Source: Trichosphaerium sp. ATCC 40318
Taxonomy: Eukaryota > Protista > Tubulinea
Assembly (NCBI GenBank): GCA_038496445.1
Contig: JALMLS010000578.1
Location: 1-64,000 of the forward strand
Length of the DNA: 64,000 nucleotides
Direction of reading: 5' to 3'
Within the stretch, counting starts at the first letter, position 1, and the number at the start of each line of letters is the position of its first letter. The notes below the pieces were generated by a model that did not search any database, was not told the DNA's origin, and saw nothing but the letters and a program-made list of their open reading frames with translations. Positions 37,244-50,701 of the stretch are shown here, piece after piece. A program made the translations under genes and the position numbers.

Positions 37244-39895
37244 CTACTGTCCTCCCCTAGGTGGAAAAGTCTGTGCGTATGGATTGGGGGCTGCATAACC
37301 CTGATTGGCGGGTCCTCCATAACCCGGCATATTAACACCAGAACCACCTACGCCCATACCGATATTTCCACCAGCTGACCAATCTGAAGTAAAAACATAA
37401 GTACTCATACAGTAATTTGAAAAAAAAAGCGATTCAATGACATCAGCTATGCTATGCTCAAAATACTACGTACCACGGTGTGAAGTAATGCTGACTTCTT
37501 CTGCTATATCTTCATCAAGATATTTAAATGCTGTGCTTCCTTCAGAATACTCGTTTAAGGCATCGCTCCAGTCTAAAAAGCTGAAAGGTTTTACATTTGG
37601 ATTAACACCTGATTTTTCCCATGTGATACCGGCACCAAACCTATAGTTACAATTAGAAAAATCATCTGACGCGAGGAATACGGGGTTGTTATTTTATGTA
37701 AGAGTTGGATTGAGCGTCATAAAGTTTTTACAATTTCAACCGTAGCACCAAAAAAAAAAGAGGAAAAAAACAGGAAAGTTTTACAAAACAATGTAGCACT
37801 CAGAGTACTTTAATGAATTGTTACAAACTTGCACTTAAGATGTATATTTTAAGTATTTTCTTGGGAATTAAAGTAGTATTATTTGGAAAAAAGAGAACAG
37901 AAAGATGTCACGGTTTTGAAAATGATGGTTTGTACAAAAAAAAAAAAAGAAGTACGTACTTAAATTCCTTCTTTTGATAATTTAGCAAAGCAGACAAACT
38001 GTATTTAATATCAGGTTTATCCAAAGATAGTGGTGCTTCCAAAACAATAGCTAAAGTTTGAGCTGGGAAGCAAGTAAAACCCTAAAAAATAAAAGTTAAA
38101 AAAATCACACAAAAAAAAAGAAATCAAAACAAAAAATATGCGTGCCTTGACATTTGCAAACTGTGTTGTGTATTGATATCCTCCTTTAAACATAGTCTTT
38201 GGTGAACTAAAACAAAATTAGATCGAGAAATACTTAATAATAACCACAGCCGCTCTGGAAAAAAAAAAAAAAGTGGTTACCCTGATTGATCAATAAAGAC
38301 ATCTAATGTAGAAAGCAGCTTGCATGTAGACCTCCGCAATCCTGGTACTATTGGTGGAGGCATATTTAGGTAATGTGCATAAGAAAACTGTGCCATATAG
38401 GCTTTTGATCGCTCCATTGTTGAAATATTAACACCATAGACATCTACATTAAAAAACAATCAATACATTTGAATAAAAAGCAAGAAGGGTTACATACTCT
38501 CTCGTCTCATGCCAAAACGGCCTCTCCAAGCAAAAGACAAGTCAGTTACGAGTGCAGGTCCTTGTGCTATAGTTTTCATTTGAACACCAACCTATACGAG
38601 TGTTTAGCTCGGATGAAGAAATAATCGCTCTAGCTTCTTTTTTTTTTTGAAATTTCAAAAAAACGTTTTCACGTGGCACCGGGTGCCAACTTGATTGGTT
38701 ATTACCTTTTGGTATTGTAGTATACTCTGTGCAAAACCCACGATACCACATAGAACACCAGCAGGTTGAACTAAACGTAAATCGAACGTTGAAGATAACC
38801 CTAAGAACAAAAAATCAAAAGACAATCGACAAAACAAAACAAAAAAAATTGTCAATTTTTTTCACATAGAAGACACTTCTCGTTGTCATCTCTTTTTAAG
38901 TTGACGAGGAATTTTTTTCTCTTCAATTGCGTGTATCATTCAGATTTACGTGTTAACAAATGGATGACAATTTTGACAACACGTTACTTCGAATACCAGA
39001 AATGATTTCGTTGTTTGTTTTACTACAACCTTATGTCCGGTTGAAAAAAAAATACGTACATTTATGAACATAAAGAACCTCAGCAACACCTTTATGTGGG
39101 TTATTGGCTGTTTGAGCTGTTATACTGAGTTGTGATCCTAGAGGGTTTCTGAAGTTTGCGTAAAAAATCTTTGTCATGAAAAGCATCTCCTCTGGACCGA
39201 ATCTCGTAACCATCATTAACTAATACGTCGTGTTGTAAGCAAATGAGAATAAAATAGAACCAAAATGATCTAAAATGACAATGTAGTATTTATATAAGTG
39301 TTTTTAGGCAAGTTTACGCTAGTAATAGGTGCTTTGCGTTAATTAATCGAGAAGCAGAAAAAAAAATTATTTAAGCGTCTATTAGTGCAAAATGTGTATA
39401 TATGTATGTTTAGAGCATTTTAGGCATTATTTCGTACATTGTGTTTAGGACCGTATTGGCACATAAAAGTATAGCCTGCACCTCCGTCTTCGTCCTGTTC
39501 TGTGGGCTAGACGCTCTGTTTAGTGCTAAGATGTCATTTTTCCATTCTTACCTGTTGTCCAAGTGCTAGACTGTGGGATAGTACAAACTGAGGCGAGTAC
39601 TGTCTAGTAAGCTCAAAACGAACACCATCAAGGTGTTCAGCAGTTCTTTCGACGAGCTCCAATTCTGTAGCGTTTAAACGATCATTACACAATCTCTATG
39701 CGTACCTTGCGTTTCCTGAGTTACTTTTTCGAATCTACCAGGGTTTGGAAGTGAGGGTTGGTTACCCCTTCTCCCTCCTGAACGTGGTGCCATACTAGGA
39801 ATCTCATCAGTTTCGTCCTCTTGTACTGCCTCGGCTCGAGAAACACCAGCGTTTGGCACCATGGAATGTAACAAGAATTGAGAGAGCCACGACAT
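37244..39895 (-). CDS. TOM40: Mitochondrial import channel Tom40
   Basis: LPNPGRFE...DGVRFELTRQYSPQFVLSHSLALG, amphipathic beta-strands, and beta-signal KFGAGITW; multi-exon. Confidence 0.8.
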
Positions 39896-40014
39896 TTTTA
39901 CAGTCCTGTACTCCTATTCTGAGTTCAACTCGGTAAAAACAAATAGCTACCAGACTGCGATTGACTCAAGTATTTGTGGCTTAGAGTGTCAACGTTTATT
40001 AATTTGAATTACAC

Positions 40015-41612
40015 ATGGCTGACCTGTACGTCATACTACGCGATTTAATAAAGTAGAGTGTCTCTTAATGGTTGTTGTAGACAAACTTACCTTGATTTTG
40101 CTGTAGAGTGCGCCAAATCAGCAGGTATACTCATTTCAAAGGGTTTTACGACCGCACAAAACATAGAATTTAAAAAAGGTACAAAAACGTCGCCATACGC
40201 TACCAATTACACTGTTAACGCCTATCTCAAAGATGTTGACTTGGTGACCGACACTGACAAAGCAACGGAAAAACTAGTCATAGAGATGATACATAAGCGC
40301 TTCCCAGACCATAAAATAATCGGAGAAGAGGTAAGAACACCGTTTTAGTCATATTTTTCTCAAATTGCATACCAAAAGGGTACAGCAGCGGGTACATACA
40401 AAGAAGAGCTTACTGACGCGCCTACATGGATTATCGATCGTATCTTTTTGGTTGGTTGAAGTGTCAACGTCTTCAACTTTTTTCCTTTTTTTGTTGAAGA
40501 GCTCAACTTTTTTTTGTATTTCTTTGACCTTCTTGAGCTATTGACGGCACAACAAACTTTGTACATCAGTTTCCACATACATGTATATCAATTGGATTTG
40601 CTGATAAGCACGAACTACTTGTAGGTGTTGTGTACAATTCAATTTTAGACGAACTCTACACAGGCGCAAAAGGTACTTATAAAAACTTTTTGTAACCAGC
40701 CTTTCCGAAAAAAACCCAAAAACCACGTGGACAAACTTCAAAAAAAAAATTGTTACAGTGTAACAACTAACATGGTTATTACATAGGACTTGGTGCTTTC
40801 TGTAATGGCAAAAAATTAAGCGTAGCAACCGAGACAGAACTCAAAGTACAGCAACAACTTTTTTTTGAAAAATACCATGTCAACAGACCAGTTTTTCCTC
40901 CTCCTGTTGTTGCTTGTGCTTCTCATCTTACCCATGTTTTCTTTAGAAAAGTCTTATTGCAACAGGATTTAGCACAGACAGAAGTCCTAAGATGCTAGAC
41001 TTTACCCTTGGTAATATCAGAAGCATCCTCGAAAATTGTCGCGGAATCAGACGTGTTGGATCTGCTGCTCTTGACATGTATGTATTTCTTTAATAACAGC
41101 AAAAGCATATGTTTATTCTAATGTGTTATAGGTGCTATGTAGCATCAGGTAAATGGTCAATTTACTACGAAGTTGGACCACATGCATGGTACGTCATTGA
41201 GCATGGTTTTTGTAGAAAGGTTTTTTGGACACTGTTTTTTTCTTTTCATAAACACTTTTCCGTGGTGCACATTTAGAAAAAAAGCTCAAGTTTTATACTC
41301 TAAGAAACATAATGTAATCAAACGAACTGCAACTCAAATTCGATTAAAAAGTGTATTTTGATGAGACGAAATTGCCAAAACTTTTTTCTTTTTTGTTCTC
41401 TTTTTTTTTTTTGGAGATATTCTATTTATGTTTGATTATGCTTATTTTGGTTCACATAGGGACGTTGCAGCTGGTTGTGTTATTGTTAGAGAGCTGGTGG
41501 TGCTTTCGGGGATCCTTTTGGAGATAAGTTTAACGTTGCAGGTGGTAGAATTATAGCTGGAAACAAAGAGCTCGTAGCTAACTTCAAAGCTATACTAACT
41601 CATCCAAAATAA
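40015..41612 (+). CDS. IMPA: Inositol monophosphatase (apparent 1-nt deletion near 41492)
   Basis: DLVTDTDK, IIGEE, PTWIIDPIDGTTNFVH, RRVGSAALDMCYVASG, WDVAAG..IVRE[A]GG. Confidence 0.93.
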
Positions 41613-42143
41613 AAATAATATTGCTCCATTTTATCGTATGTTTAATGGCTATCACCACCACACTACTTTTCGCTCAGTTGTAAAGATACATAGCTATCAT
41701 ACTGATAAACAACAAAGCCATACCACATGCGAGAGGTCCGTGAACGAAAAAATTGTGTTTGTCAGGTTTGCACGTCTTGGTACTTTTTGACAGTACTTTT
41801 CTCCCACTTAAGCCGAATAACAAAGTACGACCAGATGATAAAAGAGATACCCTGGATCCAATTTTAGCTCGTCACTACAACCAAAACCATTTCCATGCCA
41901 TACTTGGTGTAATTAAAACATTTTCTACTAACAACCAAAAGCTCAAGAACTAAAAAAGGGATGGAATATTGATGGAGTATCATGTGAAATACTTTTTTGC
42001 TACAAAAAAATCCTGCTTTCAGAGGTTTCTAGAAAGATTTTCTCAACAACCAGAATTTTTTTAGGCACGTGACAAGACACTTTTTGGTCAATCTCCTTTG
42101 ACTATCAGTTTCGCTCAATGTTCTCAATAAATGGGTTCTCTGC

Positions 42144-43651
42144 ATGATTCTGTTGGCATGTACATACAGTTTTGTCACGTGTTCATCCAGTTCAATTGTA
42201 GATAGGACAGAAAATCGTACAGTGGCATTGGCACAGCTTCGCAAGCTTCGCATAGTAAATCCTTTTGGAAATATTATTACCAACCCTGTGCCAATTGATT
42301 CGCAAGATTTCATACTAGTTGCCACGTTTTACAGTAATTTCAACGCCACGATTGACGTTATGAACCTCAGCGATGGTGAGGTCCTATACAGAATTAAATC
42401 TAGTTCAGATCATCCAAATGAAGACAACAACAGCTTGGGAGCAATTGTGTTTATGTACATTGTCATAGGAACAATATTAGGCGTTCTTGTTCTTCTCATG
42501 AGAAAAGAGACTCCGCTTGTTGTTGTAGCACTTTTGCTCATTGCAGTAGTTTGGTTTCAAGACAATGGTCACACAAACTCTGAATCGTGGGGTGATGTGG
42601 ATGTAGCAATCACAGTACCAGTTGATGCTTTTCTTCTTGGACAAACAGTCAATTTTAAAAAACATGAATTTGAAATAGCACTTCAGCCACAAACACACAT
42701 AGTTTCACTTGTCAATGGTATAAACACAAACGGATTGACTATAACTGAGGGTCCAACATACGATCCAAGAACAGATAATTTTTATTTTTCAGAGGTAGAA
42801 TCAGACAGAATTTATCGTATTTCTTCAGTATCTGATAAGAAAAAAGCAAGATTGGAAGTTTGGAAGGAAAACTCACAACGTTCCAATGGGTTAAAGTATA
42901 ATGCTGGGGGTGGTTCATTGGCTTGGTTATATGCGTGTGAGTCTAAGAATGATAAAGGGGCTATAGTACGATACAACCTAGCCAACAATGAGCGACAAGT
43001 CATTGCCAATGAATATCAAGGTTTACACTTGGTACATCCAAATGATCTCACCTTTGATGCTAAAAATAGACTCTATTTCACAGATAGAGCACCACCTAAA
43101 CCTGGTAATATTAAAAACGGAGGTGTGTACCGTCTGGACCCACCAAGGATATTGATGGGACTAAACCATGGTCCATTACAAAAATTATTGACAATATTCA
43201 TCAAGACCCAATTAGCGGCGCTGACAGAGCTAATGGCATTGTTATATCACCAGATGACTCTACTTTATACATTGTAGAGACGAATGACACTGTGGGTGGT
43301 CAACGCACGATCCTTGCCTACGACCTAGACTCAGATGGCGAACCATCCAACAAACGTGTTTTTCATCGATTCAATCCTGGAAGATCAGGTGATGGAATGA
43401 CTGTTGATGTTGAAGGCAATCTCTATGTGAACGGAGGACTGAATAGGCCGAGAAATGATGTTGAGTCTTTGGACACTAGGGCTGGTGTCCACGTTTTCGA
43501 TCCTTCGGGTAGCCTTATAGATTTTATCCCTTTGCCTGTAGATTTGGCGACAAATGTTTGTTTTGGTGGTCCTGATTTAACAACTTTGTTTGCAAATTCA
43601 GGTCATAAAATATACTCTTGGCAAAATGACGTAGTGGGCACAATGCGCTAG
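42144..43651 (+). CDS. Membrane-anchored SMP-30/gluconolactonase family protein, intronless (apparent 1-nt deletion near 43146)
   Basis: TEGPTYD, SNGL, PNDLTFD..RLYFTD, ANGIVISPD..TLY (after the frame change), GDGMTVDVEGNLYV, TNVCFGGPDLTTLF. Confidence 0.88.
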
Positions 43652-44349
43652 TGTCCAAGCCCACCACCAAGAGACTAGATTTTGTAATAAATGCTTAGTA
43701 GTCCCTTTCTCGCTTAAGAATTCAAAAGCGTTTTTGCAGGTATTGTTTTATCGACGTCGAAAACTAAGTTGCACGTGAATAGCATTTGACCTACGAAACC
43801 CAACAAGGTTAAGATTCAAGCACTACACGCACTAGTTCGGCTCCTGAGTAATTTCTACAAGACAGAACAGAGAAAAACTGAAACAAAAAGATGCGGTAAT
43901 TCTAGTCACTGAATATAAGTCAAAATTTTCCTTTTATGCCAATGAATAAGAATAGTTAGTGAAAAAAAACAGGTTAGGTTTAAAAGCACCAAAAGCATTC
44001 ACGTGGATTTTTATGAGCGCGGCAAATGAAAATACCTTGAAAAACGTGATAAAAATGATTGAAAAATATGTACAAGGGGTTTATTCGTAGTGAATCACTA
44101 TGGTACAATGATAAAGGTGTGGAAATGGTTTGGCGTGATTGCCGTCCGGAGTTATTGATTGGATTTGGTTTTATGCATAAAACACAATTGAAAAGCACGT
44201 TAATAGCTATACTAGCTCCACTGGCGACGACAACCAAGACACTCAAGTAGTTCTGAAGGTAAAACTTGGTGTACAGGTGAATTAAAGAAAATGCAATCCA
44301 TTTAGGTTAAATCTAAACTTCGACGCTGGGAGGATAGCGTGAGGGTAGT

Positions 44350-44708
44350 TTAACCGCCACGACATGGTTGTGGTGCGATAACGAAATGAAGTTCATCACC
44401 TGACATCAAAGCATTAATGAGCATCTTCAGATAGAATAGAACGTACCATCTTCAACCTCTAGCTCATCGAGAGTCATTTCTGGGTCTATACGTGCGTGTT
44501 TGTAAACGAAAAAGGACAGATCATTCCTTGAGGACAACTGGTGGCAAATATCGCGTCTTATCTCGTCTAGGCTTGCTCCAGCATCTACTTCAACCTCTAC
44601 GGTCCTCACTTGATTGCTTTGAGACCTGCGAAGGTTCCTTGGTGTCAGTCGTCTTTTTTTGCGTTTACCATTTGTCTGCTTGCGCATCTTGTACACCGTT
44701 TTGCACAT
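44350..44708 (-). CDS. Divergent ubiquitin-like protein ending RGG* (start uncertain)
   Basis: RTVEVEVDAGASLDEIRRDI...FFVYKHARIDPEMTLDELEVEDG|DELHFVIAPQPCRGG*. Confidence 0.7.
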
Positions 44709-45155
44709 GAAAAAATGAAAATAATTTAGCTTCAGTTTAACTTAATGACTAAATCGCTCATATTCTAAGAAAAGACACTACACGCAAAATAAATGACATT
44801 GTAAAAAAAACGAAAGCTAAAAAGAGGGTCTTCAGAAGGACGTTCGGTGAATTATTCTTCGCGAAAAAATCCTTTCTGATCATTTTCAGCGACTCCTAGC
44901 CACATTTTTGTGATGTTAGCGTATTCTGCAGTATGGAACGTATGTAATCTGCACATTGTACAGCGCTGAAACGGAAAAGCAAAGTAATTGCGTCACTTCA
45001 ACCAAACATTCAGAAAAGCTCCACAGGAGAGGCTTACCTTGACACAAATGCGTTGAATGTATTTTTATTTTGTACAATTCGTTTTTGAGCGGTTTTTTCG
45101 TTTAAATCTCAGTTACTTTACAACTAAATTGCGCTGGACGCCATACAGTTGAGGT

Positions 45156-46898
45156 TCACATCTGCCAAGCGCCAAACGCATTGTTTTGGTTGTTTTGTTG
45201 TTGGGCATTATTATACATTGGTTGGCGTTGTTGGACTCCCTGTTGTTGCACGCCGTACCCGCTTTGCATGCCAAATTGTTGTTGATTATGCATTTGTTGA
45301 TTATTACCATAAAAAGCTTGAGTATTTTGTTGTTGCATACGTTGTTGACCGTAACCTCCAGCGTGCGTATTATTACCATACATGTTATGTCCCTGTCCGT
45401 TCATAACGTATCCTTGACCATAACCAGGGTGAGGGTTACGTTGAGGTTGAGGTGTCTGAGAGAAGGGAAAAAAATTAATAAAGCGCTTGATTTCAAGAAA
45501 AAAAAAACAAAAGTTGAAAAACCTTTAAATTCAGGTATAAGTAGAAGAATAGTAATAAAAATAAGGACACAATACTTCCCGGTATGATACTACAAAGGAA
45601 CCAAAAAAAAATGCATTTTTTGGATTTTTTTTGACACATCAAAAGAAATGGTAGTAGTTCGGTGGGACGTACATGAATTTTGTAAAGATCTAGGATTTGC
45701 TGATTGGCGCTCGTAGAAGGAGCGGATTGTTTGGTTTGGTTACCATTCATGACACCATTACCATTAGACACATGCGACTGTTGAGGCGTACTGGCTCCAA
45801 CCGGTTGACCAAAGAAAGAACCTCCTTGTGCTGGTGCTGGTGCTGCTGCGCCTGTAGTAGCAGAAGAGCCTTGGAATCCTCCAAAAAATCCTTGTTGTGC
45901 TTGCTGCGTATTATTACCTTGAACAAGGGGTTAAGAAGATCAAATAAAGAATCTGACATGAAGAAAAAAACCAAAGAAAACTCAATTATTTTACCTCCTG
46001 CGGTTTGACCACCACTGACAAATCCGCTAAAATTTATCCCACCAGCAGTATTATTTGCTGCTGGAGTACCCATAGAAGGCGCTGTATTAGATGCAGGCTG
46101 TTGTGTGGAAGCTGTTGTTGATGTTGCAGGCCAATCATTGTGAAGCATGTCTTCACCAAATCCTAGCAAACTGCCTGTTACAGGAGCTTGATTTGTTGCT
46201 GGTGCTGTTTGTAGGAGTTGCGGTTGTGCTCTCATCTGCGGTGGCGGTTGTATTGCTTGAGCTTGTTGGGAAGCAGCAGGTACGGCTGATTTCGTTGTTG
46301 CTTTTGTTGTTGTTGACCTTTTCTTTGTTTTAGATCTTTTACTGCTCTTTTTACCCGTCTTGGAGCGTCTGGATTTGATTGTTACGCTTTTCTCATATCC
46401 TGGTTTGATAAAGTCTTTGTATTCATATTTCCTTTTAATCCATTTTTTTAGCTCCGGGCATTGCTCATCTGGAGGTACGTAGTCTTTAGGTGCACTGTAT
46501 TCGTAAATTTCTTTTGCGCGTCCGTTTCCCATTTCTACGCAGTTCTGTATTTTAAGAAGCAATTAACACGGCGTTTGAAGCAATAATTTGAAATAAAAAT
46601 ACAAAAAAGGTGGATCACACACCTGCACGTATTCCGCCTTCCAAGTGTCCATATCCACACTTTGCACAAAACTTATGTGTGCACCTAGGGACCTATGTAT
46701 GGCTGCACAAGGTTGGTAACAAATAAAAATACCAAGAGTTGCAGAGGCCCAACGTGGCGCTGAAATAACTGTTAATTAGAGTATATAAGGCATCTCCGTA
46801 CATCTTCTGGGGCAATCGGCGCAAAACCTGTTTTCTGGCTTCTTGAGGAGCTCATTTAGCGTCTTTTTTAGTTCTTTCTGTTCTGAAGCTGAAGTCAT
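45156..46898 (-). CDS. ArfGAP-domain protein (SMAP-like) with a Q/N-rich tail
   Basis: PENRFCADC..PRWASATLGIFICYQPCAAIHRSLGAHISFVQS, MGNGRAKEIYE, WIKRKYE. Confidence 0.92.
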
Positions 46899-47122
46899 CT
46901 AAACCAGGCGTGTTAAACTACATTTTCTTCACAAACAGAAAAGGTAGGAGCAATGTGGGGTAATTTTTACCTTTGTTTTTATCCTCGTAACAGGTACTGC
47001 TTAGTGTGAAATTCACTATTCTTGAAACTGTAGGTAATTACCAAGCCTGTCGGGAGTTGAAGCCAATTGTAAAATAATTCTACTTTTATTGACTATCACT
47101 AGCTTCAAAAGAGAATACAAGA

Positions 47123-48273
47123 ATGGCATTACGTGCGCTTGTACCTGTTAAACGTTGTATTGGTTACGACGTAAAGATACGCGTTAAAGCCGACAATAGC
47201 GGCGTTGTTAGCGATGGTGTTAGACATAAGATCAATCCTTTCGATAGTATCGCTGTAGAAGAGGCTGTGCGCCTTAAGGAGAAAAATGTTGTTGAAGAGA
47301 TTGTTGCTGGTACGTTGTACTCTTACAACAAGCAACAACACGTTAATTGACGCCTGTAGTCACACTCGGATCAGCAAAGTGCCAAGATGTCCTTCGTACA
47401 GCGCTAGCAATAGGCGCGGACAGAGCCATTCACATTGAAACGGACCTGGTACGAGTTTAGAGCAAACTCGGCAAAATGACGTTGTAACGCGGAAACTTGC
47501 TTATGTATAAATTATAGGAGTTACAGCCTCTTTCCGTAGCACGCATACTGAAAAAGGTTGCTGAAGAGCAGAAATCTGATATTGTCATCCTTGGTAAGCA
47601 AGCTATTGATGATGACTGCAATCAAACAGGTATACCAGCTCACTACAAATTGTTTTAAACCCCCTTCAACAAAACAAGAGCAAAAGTTTTCTGATTGCTT
47701 TTAATAGGCCAAATGTTAGCTGGCCTCCTTGACTGGCCACAAGGCACATTCGCATCTGCAGTTGATGTAAACTTGGAAAGTAAAAAAGTTACTGTACGCG
47801 CTCAATCTACAATCTCACTACGCTTTTTGGCGCTTATTGTGGACTAGGTAACGCGTGAAGTTGATGCTGGGTTAGAGAAAGTAGACTTGAATTTGCCAGC
47901 TGTCATTTCTTGCGATTTGCGCTTAAACGAACCACGTTATACGTCTCTTCGACACATTAAAGCAGCTAAACGTAAGCCAAATGAGATTACAAAACTTGAA
48001 GATTTCGGCGTTGAGGTCACACAGAACCAGACAACACTCAAGGTAGAAGACCCACCAGTAAGAGAAGCAGGTGTAATGGTACGCTATAAGCGCGTATCAC
48101 GCGTAATAATGCAATTTCAAGCTTGTTTTGACTGTTTTCTGAAAAAAAAAGAAAAAACGACTTTTTAGAATACATACCTTCAGTTTGGGTTTTTTAGACT
48201 TACCGTCTTGCTTTAGGTCGACGATGTTGATGCCCTTATTGCTGGTCTCAAAAAAGAAGGCGTCATTGCATAA
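47123..48273 (+). CDS. ETFB: Electron transfer flavoprotein beta subunit
   Basis: [63 protein letters not shown]; 6 exons. Confidence 0.97.
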
Positions 48274-48458
48274 ATATCATCACGAAAAAAGCACGTGCGC
48301 TTGAATCACCAACAAAAACTGTACAGAAGGAGAACAAAAACCTGCATCTCTTATCAAAAAAAAAACCCTCTATTCATACATGCGACATTTTCTTAGCTTC
48401 TGTTTCTTTTTTTTTTTTTGCTGTTTTCACTCACAAAAGCTTGTTGTTTGGACATTTC

Positions 48459-48915
48459 TCACTCCCCTTCGCAAAATGCTTGAGATAAACCAGAAATTGT
48501 CTGTCTTGTCCCTGGCATGCCAAGAATGCCGTCCAAATCTACTGTGGAACTCTTGAAAGATGGTTGAAATATATTGTTATGTCGTTGTCTTGATGTTTGA
48601 GCTGTCTTCAAAGCTAAAAATAAGGAGTTAAAGAGTTGGTCTACAAAAGGACAGAAAAAAAATGTAGCTTACTTTGTACACGCTGAGAACGCTGTGTAGT
48701 AGATCTTGGTGTTGATGTAGTGCTCTAAAGGGTGTTATAAAGACATTCTAGGTTTGGGAACAACAAGTATTTTTTAATACAGCTAAAACAGTTGTAGACA
48801 GTATACAACGCGTTGGTAACGTTGTAGGACGTGTTTGGGAGTAATAGCATATTGTTACATACGGTTTTTGTTTACGTACCATACTGCGTGAAAAGAGTCG
48901 TGGAAGAGTGCTCAT
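48459..48915 (-). CDS. Small hypothetical protein, S/T/R-rich N-terminus
   Basis: Three exons splice in frame through GT-AG introns: MSTLPRLFSRSM|STTSTPR...|...AFCEGE*. Confidence 0.45.
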
Positions 48916-49340
48916 GTTATTGAGGTGTTGCGTATGGGGATAGTGTGAACGGCGAAATAGATTAAGAAAAAACGAGTTAAGTACACATTTTACATTTGGA
49001 ATACTTGTCACAGGCACGTTCTGCTGACTGCTTGTATGTTACAACAACCAATTTAATATGGGGGATTACATAAATAGCAATAGAGCACCCAGTTTCACTT
49101 CTAGAAGTAGTATTATTGCGCTTTTAAGGGCAGAGATATTGAAAAGAGTCCATATTTAAATTCGTCCATTTTAGGAAGGATTACAGCTATGTTTGTTGTA
49201 ACTCCTCTACAGAGCTTGGATATGTTAGTATATCTCTCAAGCGGTGATACTAAGAATCTCTTTGATGTCTGAAGCATTTCCTGCCACGATCATTTTTCTA
49301 ATTTTTTTCCATTCAAGAAAAAAACCATTTGCTTTGTTTT

Positions 49341-50123
49341 TCATTTAAAGATACTTGTGTCCTTTTGAAGTTTTCCGTTGACATAAATACTGCTCCTGGA
49401 TATTTGCTGATCTTGGTACAATACTACATGTTTACCATGAAGCTTGCCTTGCACGTAATTACAAGAAATCATCATTTCTCCAGTTGGATAATATTCTATT
49501 TGTATACCATGAAGCTTGCCATCCTTGAAACTACTTGCGATTTCCAATCTATGTTTGTAATTCCATCTGTACTCCTTACCATGCTTTTTTCCGTGCTTGT
49601 AACAGCATCTTTTTTTCAATAGAGAACCATCATACCACGTGCATAGACCATGTTTTTTACCATTAAAATAATTTAAAGTTTCAATAAAATAGCCATGTTC
49701 ATCCCATATTCTATGACTCCCATGTCTAACTCCTTCTTTAAACTCAGTACATACTACGAGTTGTTCTTTACGCCATTTAAAACATTTTCCGTCCAAGAGT
49801 CCATTCTTAAACATGTTAAGCGTCACAAGATTTCCGTTGTACCAAGTTGTTTGTTCTCCATCCAGTTTTCCGTGGTGATACTGTTGCCTGTACATAAATG
49901 TTTCCGCACCTCTATACGCCCATCTTCTTTTCTTTGGTTTAACCACGTGTTTTATAAATACACCATGTTTATTCATTTTATTATCAAAACGTGATTGGTA
50001 AGCAAGCTGATAACAAAGTAAAGGCCATTTTTTATATACTTCTCTGTCCATGTCTGTAATATAAGACTGTATCTCTACAGGCATGGATGTTAAGAAAATA
50101 CGTCTAATATTACGTGTTGCCAT
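49341..50123 (-). CDS. F-box-like + MORN-variant repeat protein
   Basis: SMPVEIQSYITDMD...WPLL...RFD...KHG followed by HGKLDG/GKKHG repeats; intronless. Confidence 0.88.
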   Translation of the reverse strand: MATRNIRRIFLTSMPVEIQSYITDMDREVYKKWPLLCYQLAYQSRFDNKMNKHGVFIKHVVKPKKRRWAYRGAETFMYRQQYHHGKLDGEQTTWYNGNLVTLNMFKNGLLDGKCFKWRKEQLVVCTEFKEGVRHGSHRIWDEHGYFIETLNYFNGKKHGLCTWYDGSLLKKRCCYKHGKKHGKEYRWNYKHRLEIASSFKDGKLHGIQIEYYPTGEMMISCNYVQGKLHGKHVVLYQDQQISRSSIYVNGKLQKDTSIFK

Positions 50124-50701
50124 TATGGTTGTAAAGATAAACTAAGTGGTCTTAGCCGTCATTCAACGAAAACAATTTCAACAGTTTTTATATTTCGTTT
50201 CTCAATTTTGGAGCACTCACCTTGACATTTTTGAGGCAAGAACTCGTATTTGTTGAAGAAGGTTGTTTGCACTTGTACACTCCCTATTAAGGCTCTCTGC
50301 GCTTTTGAGGCTGATTTAATTGTTCCTCTCTTAATACGTCAATGGTATCTTTGCATCAGGCGGTAATGAACTTAATTTTGTCAATACTACCACACTCAAA
50401 GCCTTTCCCGCATGCAATATATATCCAAGAAAAAAATGGAAATTTTGTTTAAGCCATAACCATGAGACTATTCTCAATATTCTCCATACAACTTGCTACT
50501 AAAAAAAGCAGTGTACTTCTAGGAAACCTTGTTGTCACCTGCTTGCACTTTATCGTTCTTTTAGGAATGCCACGTTTGTATACTCTTTCTATATCACCAC
50601 TATGACAGATTGCGTGTACATATCTTATGGTTTATTTGTAACAAATACATATTTCGTAGAGTGGCACAAAGTCAAAACGGGTTTTTTTTTTGTAACAATG
50701 T

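Noticed and set aside
41358-41375. Hammerhead ribozyme core (TGATGAGACGAAA) in an IMPase intron
   Set aside because: It lacks the C of CUGANGA, stem II and the flanking stems.
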